Source: Raillietiella orientalis (lineage: Eukaryota). Taken from it: a DNA stretch of 64,000 nucleotides. The DNA lies in NCBI GenBank assembly GCA_036172245.1, contig JAYWIR010000011.1:2294001-2358000 (forward strand), given 5' to 3'. The position numbers and the translations under genes were made by a program. The notes below the pieces were generated by a model. It had not been told where the DNA came from and did not search any database. It saw only the letters and a program-made list of their open reading frames with translations. Positions within the stretch are counted from its first letter, which is position 1; the number at the start of each line of letters is the position of its first letter. Below are positions 11,401 through 23,400 of the stretch, one piece after another.

Positions 11401-14400
11401 GATTTTGTTGCCTCCCCCTCCCCAGCATGGGGCCTCCGGTCACTGGCATCTCCTTCCTTGCTCGAGAAAGCGAAACAGCTGCTGGAGAACCGAACGCGGT
11501 GCCTCCCTCCTTCCTGGCTTGGTGACCCGCCTGCTTTGCCCTCCTGAGTCGCCGTCTCCCTCGCTCGACACAGAACTGTCTGCGCGAGCCTTGGCGCCGT
11601 TAGCGCGACGCTGACCTGTCAGAAAGGCATCGAAATCATCCTTCCGGGCGTCCGTGGTAGCCGGGTGCGCGACGGAGGTCCGGCGGCCTTCGACGCACAG
11701 GGAAACAGCAGGAAGGCCAAAGGGTGGCGTGCCTGCGCTAAGAACGAATCGCTCGCTCGGTCGCTCCGGGTCGGCTGGCAGTTGCCCTTGCAGCACGGTG
11801 ATTGTCCGACGCGGAGGAAGAGAGAGCCCTCCGAGGAAACATCAGGGAGCAAGCAGATGGTGCTTGTGCCTTGCTCGTCAGACGAGGGTGGCAGCGACCA
11901 CTCTCCCCTCCTAGCCAGGGGACCAAACCGACCGATGACCGAGGCGACAGCGGGCACGGCGGAAGCTCTGAAAGTAGGCCGGAAACCAACTGTAACGAAG
12001 GAAAAAAAATTCGACCATCCGGCTTCACCACTTCGGACCATCCCCATGGTCCGTGGCTGTCCGACTGCACTGGTGGAGCGTGTGCGCACGCGCGTTCATC
12101 AGCGACGTGCCGGCGCAGCGTGGCTGCTTTTTCGACACGTCACGAGTGGGATCAGCGCGTCATGTGCGAGCGGAAAGCGATCTGGGCGGGGATGAGCAGG
12201 TTGACAACCTGGGAAGGAAAGTTGGCCGCGGTCATCACCCCGTCCACCAGGTGAGCAGGCGAGGTCCAACTTTCATCTCTTCACTTGGGCGTCCTCGAAG
12301 TCGTCTCTGGAGGGCAAACCGCACCGCCGGGAATGGCTCCCCCTGGGAGACTCCCCTTCTCCCTCGGGGAATGCGCGGCGGCTGCTGGAGACGGACAAGC
12401 GGGACCGAGGCGAGCTGCCGGAGAGCGGGGGGGGGGGGGGGAGCCGCCGCACTGACCGGGCAGGATGGCATTTTCCGGCTCCTGGCTGGTGAAGAACAGG
12501 TACCACTCTTGAGGAATTTGCTCGAACGATGTGACGGTCCCCCGGAAGTTAGCCAGCTTGTCCAGTTCCGTGATGTTGTCCCACGCCTCCTCCGGCAGCC
12601 AAGCTGAAACGGGGCATGGCACGTACGGGAATGTCCGCCCGAGAAGGCCATCGTGCGCTCTTCCCTCCGCCTGCCCTTGAGCAAGCGCCGTCCTCCAGGG
12701 CACCATGCACCCGCCCTCCGCGGGAAGCCGAGCCGAGGAAGAACTGGCCGTCGCCATCTTCCGCGAGCCCTGGCAGCCGCAGCCCTGCTTAACGCCGCCG
12801 GCCGGTTCGGAAGGACACGAACAGGGAACGAGAAAGGGGCTGCCGCGTCGGAAGGAAACCGTCGCGCTCGCCCACGCCGGTGTTTCCGGGAAAGCCCGGG
12901 GACAGCGGCTACCACCCTCTCCCTCGCGCCAGGGAAGAGAAGGGGCTAGGAAAGAAGATCTGCGTCTGTTCACTGACGGTAGCATGGGTTGTCCATCTGC
13001 TGGTCGCGGTCCAGCACGATTCCTCCCCGAAGGAAGAAGGCGAGTTCCTCCGCGTTCATGTCCTTCGAGTCCTCCAGGATCTTCACACACATGCGGAAGG
13101 CCAGAAGGAGCCTGTGGTTGTCGAACAGGCTCAGGCACGTATCCCTGCCGGGAAAGAGGCCAGGTTTTCGCGGTTCCAAGAGGCAGCGGCGTGCCCTCAC
13201 CTGTAGAATGAGTACGTGTGGTGCTCGTTGAGGTGGTCGATACGCTCCTCCAGGTTGAAGCTCTTCTGGCTGCGCTCAATCGAGGCGGTGAAGAGCTGGA
13301 TGTAGGACTGCAGCGAGTACCGGTACGCGGGGCTGATGTTTCCGAACTCGCCCAGGATGAAGAAGAGCAAGGACGCCCTTCGCGCGGACGACCGGTACCC
13401 CTGCAACAAGGGAAGCTGCGCCGCTGTCAAGGATGCGCCATGCACCGCCGCTGCCTGGCTGCAGCCTGACCCTCCCTCTGAGCGAGATCGCTCGCCTTCT
13501 TCCCGCCCTTGGGCGTGAAACCTCCTAGCCCGTGGCTGCGACAGGGGGCGCGGCTAACTCGCAGGTGCTAGCGACCAGCTCCGGCGGCGGAGGCGCGCCT
13601 CAGGCATCTTCCCCGAGGCTGCGAGCCAAGGCTGCGCTCGGCGCTCTCCGGACAGACAGCAGGGCTGAAACAGGCGGGGGAAAAGGGAGAGCGAGCGAGT
13701 CCCAGTCTCGCCTCGCTCTTGCAACTCATCCGGTCGGGATGCCGGAGGATGTCGGGCCGGAATTCAGGGATACGCCTGGCATCCCCGTAGGTGCCCTGGA
13801 GTCTTCCTGGCATGCAGTCCGGCGAGTTTCCGAGCGCGGGACCCGTGCCTTGTGCGGTGGCGCGTGCAGAGTCCAGGGAGTGGGCAAGTGACAGGAGGGA
13901 AACCGCACCGGGGAATGGATGGGGAGAAGGGAGGAGGGGAAAGGCAGGTGACCACCGCAGCGAATGAAACGCAGCGAGATCCCACCCCCGCCGCTTGGTG
14001 AGCCGCCGCGCCAAGGCAGGGCCTTGCTACGAACCTCCCTGGCGACATCGATCTTCGCCTCCGTCTGCTGGGAGATCTCGATCTGCTCCGCCATGTCGAG
14101 GACCGTGTGCTTGGCTGCGTGCAGGGCGTCCACCAGCTGCTCGTCGTCTAGTAACGAACCCTGGCACTCGACCAGGAGCCTTGGACACAAGAGAGAGACC
14201 CGTCAGCGCCTTGCGGTGCGGTCAGTGTGCAGCAAGCTGGCCCTTTGGCAGCCCTTCCGGACGGTCGCTCCCGGGACGACGACACCGTGGTTCCACGATG
14301 ACGGGACCTTTTCCTCCCGTGGGCGTCCGTCGCCAACCCGGCACGCAATCCGGACGTCACCTGCAGACCGGTTCGAGATCCCGGAGGGAGCAGCAGCCCC

Positions 14401-17400
14401 CGGGAAGGCACTTTGCAGGCCATGCGGAGGGTCCATTCGCCCAGTCGAGGCGGATCCGCCGAGGTGCGCTTTAGGAGCTTCGCTCCCACGGAGTAGCTTG
14501 CGCTGAAGGCGCGCAACCAACAAACGCGCCCCAGTTGCCCACCCAAGGCTGCGAGACCATGCTTTCCTTCTGCTTCTCCTGGATCTGAGTCCTCGGGGGA
14601 GGGAAAAGGGAAGGGCATCCGGAAGCCCCTGCCTCGGTGGAAGTCAGAAGGCAGAGCATTCTCGGCGTTGGCCATCCTCCTCCAAGTGTACTGAGGGCAG
14701 AGGGCTTTCCCGTGCCGTAAAGTGGGGCGCGCGCGGCCTCCCATTCCCAAAAGTCTCGGTGCCCGAATCGCGTTCTGTTACCAGAACGCAACGTGACAGA
14801 AAGGTTACATTGCAGAAGTCGTGTCGGCCGGGTTTGGAGGGAGACCAGAAAAGTATCCTAAGCCGAAGACCGCTAGGGGGGCCAAGTTCCACAGAGGAGG
14901 ATGACCGGTGCCTCCGTTCGCTGGTGGTCGGCAGCAAAAGGCCCGACTTTGGCCCCGCACGGAAGCGGATGGGAGGTCTCAGCTGGACTGCCAGTGCTTC
15001 CTTTTGCGTGCCCGGGGGTTCCGCGTTCCCGTTGGCAAGGCTCGAGAACGTGCGCTGTAGGCAGCGGTAGCGAACTGGCGCTCTTCCTCCCTGCCTGACG
15101 GTGGTCGCCAGGCGCCGTCTCTCGTTCAGCAGGTCGTTGCTGACGGCCAGCCGCCGCTCAAAGGTTCCCAGCTGCAACGAGGGGGATGTACCCTCCGCCG
15201 TGACTGCGGGGCCTCCTCCTCGTTCCTTTCGGGTTTCCTTTTTGTTCCGAAGGAAGGGGCGGGGAACTCGGCTGCTGCCACCTCCCTCCGCCAAAGATGG
15301 CGGAGGGAGGCACCAGCGAAGGATTCGCCCGCGGACCGAGAGACCTGAGTTGCGCACTCTGCGCAGAGCCGCTCTTCGGACGAGCAGCTCCCATCCATCC
15401 TGTTTGGATTAGAGCAGGGGATCAACCGGGTGGAAGAGTGCGGGCGCGTGGGCGTCCAAGGGTCTACCTGAGGATCTCGTCTTCCAGCTCGTCTAGCCTG
15501 GCTTTCCCGTTCGCGATGCTGGCAACGAGCGTGTTCTTCTGCTCTTCCAGCTCCGGCCTCTCCTTGAAGACCACGATGCCCAGCAGCTGGTCCTCCAGCC
15601 CTTGAAGTGAGGAACGGGGCCGAGCTGCCCTTGGTGTTTCGACTCGTTCTGGAGCACAGCTCCCGCGGGTGTTCGATGTTGTTCGATCGGGGTGCACGCC
15701 ACGCGTCCGGGCGGAGGAGCTAGCGACGTGCGGCCTCTGTGGGTCACGACTGGTGGTCGTTCTGCGAGGAAGAGCTGCGCAACCGTCACCTGGCCCGAGC
15801 AAAGACGCAGAAGAGCGAGGGGGTCAACATGAGATCGGAGGCGCGCGCTAGGCGCTCTTGGAGCCCGAAAGGATATGAGGAAGGACTAGTTCTCGAAGCA
15901 GCAGACCTGTAGCGAACTTCTTTGGGATCTCAGCCCTCCTTCGCAGCGAAGGGGAGAGGCTGCTGTCCGCAGTCCACGCCAGACTGGCTCGAGGACGGGC
16001 ACCTTTCCGGAGACGCCAGTGCGGACGAGCAAGGCAGACGTCTGATGGATGGCGGGCGCTCAGCATCATCCACATTGGAAAGGGGAAAGAGAAAAAGAAG
16101 AAAGTCGACTGATGCAACGCCAAAGAGCGCTTGAGGGCCGCGATTCAAAAGCTGCTGCTTGCGAGAGACAGGAGCCCGCCTGAGGGAAAGAAACGACCCA
16201 GCTTTCACGGAGACAGAGCGGCCGTGCGCACACCACACTGAAGCATCTGTGGATTCTCCCGGCTACCTTTCGGCTGGAAGAACGTCCTGGGGAATGCTGT
16301 CTCTTCCGGACGCACGAGTCCCGCCCAACTCCGCGCAGGCAGCGGGCGTAGGAGCCTTAGCGCCGGATACCGCGCCAGAGTCTTCCGGCGGCCGCAAATT
16401 GGCTTCCGGCTCTGCCGTCGGATGGGGTACGCTCCCGTTAAGCGGGCCGCAGCGCATGCACTCGCACTTGTCGCGCCGCAGTCGCGAACGAAACGGCCAA
16501 CCTTTCTCCATGACGGAAAAATTGATGACCGTCGTCAAGGTGCAGATCGCCGGCTGGAAGTGCGGGTTGTCCATTCTGGTGGTCAGGTAGAGCCTGAACC
16601 TGGGGTCGTACGGGAGCTCTTCATCGAGGACTTTCAGCAGCAGCTCTCCCCCTGGAACCCAGCCCGTGGTCCCGAGGGGAGGGGCGGCCCGACCTGAGGA
16701 CTTACTCCGTGCGACCACCTTCCTCTGCAGGACTTCGACGAGCAGCGGGTCGAAATCCTCGCCGGCGTCCTGGACGAGTACGGGCCACCCGTTCTGGATG
16801 TACTTCTTCAGCACGTCCGCGCTGTTGACGGCCTGGAAGCGCACGACCCGGATGTTCTGGAAGGAGACGGGACGAGAGAGCTCCTTCCGTCCCGGAGGAT
16901 GAGGGACTCTCGTTACGTTGTCCGACTCCATGCGCTGGACCCACTTCGCGGCCTGTCGCTGAGGGTCGATTATCAGTGGCCACCTGCAGTTCCGCATGCA
17001 GATGACGGCACTCTCCAGGCTGTAGTTGTCAGACGGTAGCCCCCTCAGGGTCCAGTTCCTGACCTGGGCCTGGGTCGTGAAGAACGAGGAGGCGGAGAAC
17101 TCGGGATCGTGAGCGATGCCCCTCGCTTGTAGCTAGGGTCGATGCAAGGGATGAAGGGGCTAAGGGAACGCGGGCTCGCTTACTTCCTCGAGGCAGACGC
17201 GGAGCAGCTCCTCGCGGTAGCCGGGCAGAAGTGGCCCGGAGTACACAAGGAACGCGCAGGCCATTAGGCAGTCCCCGGTCAGGAGGCCCATCTTCCTCTT
17301 TAGCTCCTCCGCCCTGAGACCCCACCTCTGCTTCTCTCCCGACAGCCCATCCAGGAGCTTTTCCGCCCTCGCCAGCTTTGTCTCGAGTTCCTGAGCCTTT

Positions 17401-20400
17401 AGGGAGAGGAGGAGAGAGGAACCTCTCAGGATGGGCTCTCGCGCCGCAGAGGACCACGCACCTGCCTGTTGAGGTCTTCCTTCATGGCCACCCTCTCGTC
17501 GTACTTGTTCTTGAGGTCTTCGATGTCCGCAGTGAGCTTCTCCAGCTTCGCCTTAGACTGGGCCAAGGACTCCTGCTTCTCCGCTAGGCGCACCTCCGCC
17601 TGTTGGACCTTCAGCTTCTTGGGCAGGACAATCCTGCGAGATTGTTGGTGCAGATCGGTGGTCTTTGTCTTCCGCAGCAGACACAGACGCACCTGTAGAC
17701 CTTCCCGTACTCCTCCATGGCACGCACCCACAGGCAAAGCGACTTGGCGGCGATCGAGACCTTCCCTACTATCTGGGGCTGGAAGTCCGAGGATGTCGTG
17801 TAGTGCGCGATCCTCCGCATGATGCGGTCCTCGATATTGTCCTTGTCGTAGTCGCGGAGCTGCCACATTCCCGGGTTAGCCTCTGAGGCTCGCCTAAGCG
17901 AGCCGACCTCACCATCTGTATGAAGCCGGCGTCTCCTAGCGCCTTCTTCGCCTCAGCCCACGTGGTGTCCCTATCCAAGAAGATCATCACGGCCTCCATC
18001 ACCTTCTCGACCAGGAAAGGTGGCTTCGGATAGGATTTGATCTCGGTGATGTCCTTCTTGCTGAGGGCATCCAGCGCCTTTCGAGAGAAGAAGAGGAGAG
18101 GTCGGCACGCCAGGCAAGCAGGAAGGCAAGCTGCCTTGCGCGCGCAATTGAAAACGAAAGGACGCGCGGACTTTCCCTGGGTGCTCCTCCGCCCGCTCAT
18201 CGACTCTCCGTGCCCGATCCTTCCTTTTCTGTCTTACCATCAGGGCCTCGTCGAGGAACGGCATCACTTCCTGCAGCTCGACCAGCGCCACTTCGGCCAT
18301 CTTCTTGCACACCTCCTCGTCTTTGGCTATCCTCTCTGCTTTAGCAGCGATCGTCTTCGACTGCTCCTCCACTTCTCTCCTGTTCTGCAGGATAACGGTC
18401 AAAAAGTCGCTGCACTCCTTCTGGCACGTCTGCACTACAATTGCAAGAAAGGGAGGAGTCAGATCCAGCCGGCGGATGCGGTGGGAAGCACGCGCACGTG
18501 AGCGCGGTGCCTCTCCTCGGGTGGGAAGGCGACCCTTGGTCCGGGCAAGGTCCCCCCCTTCCCGAGAGTGGGTGGGCGTCCCGTATCCGACCTAAGGAGG
18601 CAGCAGCACTGGCAGGCGTGGAAAAGGCGCGGGACGGAGAGGCGCGCGACTCCTCGAGCGACTCCCCGTCCTCGGAGCCTGCGGGGACCGGAGGCGGACC
18701 TTCAATAAAAACCCAGGTAGCAGGGCCGGACGGGAGATTGTGATGAGCTGTGAGGGAAATACCGGTCAGCTACTTTTCGCTGCTCATCCACTGAGCCGAT
18801 GGAGACCGTTGGCGAGGCTGCCCGAGAGCTTCAAGCGAGCCGACGCATAAAGGTCGCGGAAGCTCCGAACGGCTGGAGAGAGGGAGAAAGAGAGAGATGG
18901 GAGGTCTCCTCTGCCCGAAGCAGGAGTTTAGAGCGGTGGCCGTCAGATGTCATTCGGACGACGAAGGCGAGCGCAAGGAACGCCCCGAGGATGCTTTCCG
19001 AGGGTGGCTGACTGTGGCTACCGTTCTTCCTGGCGGCTTCCAGCTCCTTCGACATAAAGGTCACCTTCTGGCGCGTCTCGTCGATCCTGTGGATCCCTCC
19101 TTCCAGTTTCCGCACGACGGAGAGCGTTTCCTCCCTCTTGCTGTGGATCATTCTGGAAGATGGAGGTGGGCATAGTGGTGGGGGAGGCCGCCACGCGCGC
19201 ACGCACCCCTTGTAGTCCGAGACCAGCTGCACATAGTCGGCCGGAGTTACGTAGTTGCTCCTCCGGTGGTCCTGATACATCTTCTTTGAGCTTCGTTTGG
19301 AAGCATCGTGCACCGCCGCGAAGCAGTGGGCCAATTCCTTCCTGAGGAAGTCCTTCACGCGCGGCAGTGACCACAGACGAGAGCGGAAGCCCTTCTCCCC
19401 CCTCTCACCTGTCTGCTGCCGATCGTGCTGTCGCCCACTACGTCTACGCCTTCCAGCTTTTTGCTCGCGACCTCTAGTAGCGCTTCTTGAGACCACTTCG
19501 CGTACCAGTCTATGGTTGTACTGCTCAGCAGGGCGGGATAGTGCTGCAGACGTTGCCTGCAAGGGCGGAGCACGGAGTGAGAGAGAGAACCTGCGGAGGG
19601 CCCCAGCGTGGGCTCTTGCGGCGAGGAGGTGGCGCTGCAGCGACAGCGACCTCCAAGCGGACGGACTGCTGGTCCTCCACTTCGTTCTCCCGGCCAGCAG
19701 CACGCTGCGATGCGATCGCGTTTGTGACTCCCGGGTCTGCCCGAAAGCTGTGCGGGCCGGCGCAACTCGACACCAACGGGAAAGGCGGTGGTGGTTGCGG
19801 GTGCTGCCTTCCGCAAGAAAACGTGCAAGAAAACCGGGAGTTTCTCTGCTTCGAGAGGAGCACGCGGGGAAAAGGCGGCATCCGGGGATGCTGGTCCTTT
19901 CCCCAAGCCCGGCCCGCCCCCTGCCGCCAGGCTGGCGACCGCGTTCTCAGTGGGTTACCGGAAGGCACGTCCGACGGGGCTCATGTGCAGGACGATGCGG
20001 AGGTGGGTTTGCACTGCTGCCGAAAGACGCCTGGTCACCGCGCTGGGGCTGTCGTCCTCCAGGTGTCCCAGCGGCGCGCTCTGCTCCTCCTCGGAAGGCC
20101 GGGCGTAGCTCCGTCTGGCCTTGTCTTCGATGGCCTTTTTGATCTCGACGAGCTCCTCCGCGCTGTACAGGTTGGCTACCTCGCCGGAGATCAGCATGCT
20201 ACTGATGTCTTCCAGGAAGGACTCGTGCGGAGCAATCTGGGGAAAACAGAGCGGATGCTGCGTGGGGGGTCTCCTCAGATATACCTGGCTTTCGACCAAG
20301 AGGAGCGTCGTTGTGGTCGCTTCCACTCCCGTCCTCCTGAACAGCGCCTTGATGTCATCCCTGAAGTGTCTTCGGGAGTAGTGCCTGTGCGCGTGGATGC

Positions 20401-23400
20401 CGTAGACGCCGATGCTGCAGACGTGGCACGCCAGTCTCGTCAAGGTCTTCCTCCCGTCGCTACCTGCAGGGCGGCCGGGCCGTTACTGGCGCTCGCGTGG
20501 TGGCCGACGACAAAGGGCCGTCGCCGGCCTGACCGCCACTGATTTCCGTACCTCGTCCGACCAGCAGGGCGTGACCCCGGGGGTGACGAATAACGCGGAT
20601 GATCCTGGAAAGGTGCTCCAGTGCGTCGCGGAAGAGGACGATGTCTATCTCCGCAAAGCCCATCCTGTCGTTGTATTCAAGAACCTTGTCCTCCACGGAG
20701 CTCCTGAGTTTGTCCACGCTCGTCAGATCTTTGTAAACACCCCTGGAGTTTAGGTAGTCACCTGGGAATCACACAAGTGGAATCGTTTCAGAGGCAGATC
20801 ACCCTGAGGTCAGCGCTCTGACGTTTCGTATGCCGCGGAATGCCAGTGGCCGGAGAGTGCGGGCTGGCGGACGGGAGGACGTGGCGGGGAAGAGCAGCGT
20901 CCAGGCTGTGCGTGACTGGGCCGGATCAGCTCTCGGAAGGCAAGCGATGGCAATGGCGCCGAGAGGTCCGAAGCAGGAAGGCGAGTCCACTCACGGAGCG
21001 GCGATTCCAGTAATGGCTACAGCGATCGGTTCGCCTGCACAAATGACGACCTGGGCGGGAGGAGTCCGTGGGCGGTGGGCAAAAGGGGGACAATGCTCCT
21101 CGAATGAGTCATTAGGAAGCGAAGAGAAAAGCTTAGGAGCTTGTGGGTATCTGCGTAGGTTCAGTGGGACGGTTCGGGATCTTGAATGAGCAGGAAAGAG
21201 GTCCATCGGATGATGCGACCGTCGTCTCTTCGGTGCCCGCTCGTTCGGGCGCCTGCCGACATCGCTGTCCAGAGCAGCGCGGATGCAGTCTGAGGGGAAG
21301 GAGTATGGAGCGAGCAGGCGGCAGCGATCCCTTGCGCCCGCGAGAAACGGGGACTAACTCCTCGCGAGCAAGTGCTTCCGTGGTTCCTAAGCGCGTTCAT
21401 GACCTATTCTTGGAGCGGTTCGTTCCTCTTGGTAAGCGTTTGGGGAGCCGTTGGCGACCCGAAGGGCCCAGAGCCACTCTCAGAAACCGGATTCGCGCCG
21501 ACGTTCCATCCGGGAAGATCCTAGCGGGCGGGGCTACGCGCGACGTGTGTTTTAAGAGTGAGCATGGAGGCTCAGCAGGCTGGCCAAGACACGGCTGAAC
21601 TGATAAAATGGCCGCCTGCTGCTTGCGGGCACACACGTGCTCGAGACGAGATAGTCTTGCGGTCGCTTCCGGGGGAAGCCGGGGGGTCGCCTATCTCGCC
21701 TACCAGCAGCCCTCAGTCCCAGAGACCTCGGATTGATGGCCTTCTTACCGAATATGGGGACGACCTTGTTCGGGCAGACATTTTGCAAGGTGAGGTCAAA
21801 GTGCGCTCCTAGCTTCTCGGACAGCAGGTTCTGAAACAGTTCTTTGTCGTGGGCATCCACCAGCCGGTCGCCGAACACCCTGTAGCATTCGTGCACCCAC
21901 AGTCGCAGGAGCATGTTGGTGGTGTTGTGGTATTCTCCGTGCATGCGGAAGAGGCCTTGGAACACCTTGAGGAGGAGAAGGGCGAGCGTTAAACCCCTCC
22001 CTCGCCAAAGACGCAGCGCGTGAGAGTATTCGGAATTTCCGCCCGCGCTGCCCGTGGAGCGGACAGCTTCGTACGCAGAAGAGAAGCGAGAGAGCTGCGC
22101 ATGCGCTGCCCTCGGACGCAAGGGAGGGAAGGCAGGCAGGCAGACAGCAGCCGCTTCCGCCGCCTCTCCCGGACTTGCGTCCACAGCGGCGGTCGAGGAG
22201 AAGCCATGAGATGAGCCTCCCGCTGGGTTACGCTCCGGTCGTCTTGACGGCAACGTCTGAGCACCTCGCAAAGAGGGCGCTTTCCTGCAGCACAAAGAGA
22301 GACGGAGCTGGGTGAGGAAGCAGCAAGCGGCGGCGTTTGCGGAGGGAATTCGCGCTGCGCTTCCCAACGGCGTCCTTGCAAGTGTCGAGGGTGCGTAGCA
22401 GCGCAGGATCGTTCCTCCCCCACAATTCCCTGCGCGTGGCAGAGCGGCGTTGCATTTCCTCCCCTCGGCGGCGCAGAGCTTTCTGTCTCTTCGCGCGCGG
22501 CCCAGTTGCTCACCCTGGACAGGTCGTGCATGTTGAAGACGTAGTGCAGCTTCGCAGGAGTGGGCAGCATGTTGGCGACCAGTAGATGGAACAGGTCCAC
22601 TGTGGCCGCAGTAATGGATTCTCCTGGAAAAACAGAGCCGAACGGATCAAGTAGCAGCGAAAACACGCATGCATGGATGGACGCGGATGGACACCAGAAG
22701 CAGCACGCGCGCATCCACTGCACGCAGGTGGAGACGGATCGACCGCCGCGGGCACGCCCGCTGCGGCGCCATCGGACAGGTCAGTTCGACCGGGAGGGGG
22801 AGAAAAAAGAACCTATTCACTTTGCTGCTAGCGCAGCATGGCTGCGGCAGGGACCCACCCGCAAGTAGGCCGGTGGAGGCGAGGTCTAAGTCGTAAACCC
22901 GTGGAGGTGTCGCGCCAGCAGCGGAGTTTCGGCGGGCGAGTCGGACGGAGCCACTCCCGCGAGCTTGCTCCGAGGCGCACTTTCCGAGAGGCGGCGGCGC
23001 GGCGCCACCCACCCGTCGCTTTCAGGCTCTCAGGGAACGCCACCATTCTCTGCCGCAGGGCGGTTCCGAAAATGTGTCTCAGCTGGTCCTGCGTGGGGAA
23101 GGTCACGTTGATCAGGTTGAAAGAGTTTTGCAGCCTCTCGGGTATGGCCCGGCGTACTCCCTCGGGGGGCCCCATGGCACAGCAGATGAGCACGTCCTAT
23201 TCAGAATCGAGGGAGAGTGAGAGTGAGGGAGAAAAGACGGAGAGGAAGGAGGGGGAAGGGAGATGCAGCTGCCTCTTTCCCATTGCAAAGGGGGAGGAGG
23301 GCAGAGAGGCGTGGCACTCACGTTGAGAGCGACCGGGACCTGCTTCCTGCGGTCGTACCAGAAACCGTGGTCGATCCACATCCGTAGCAGCTCCAGCGGG

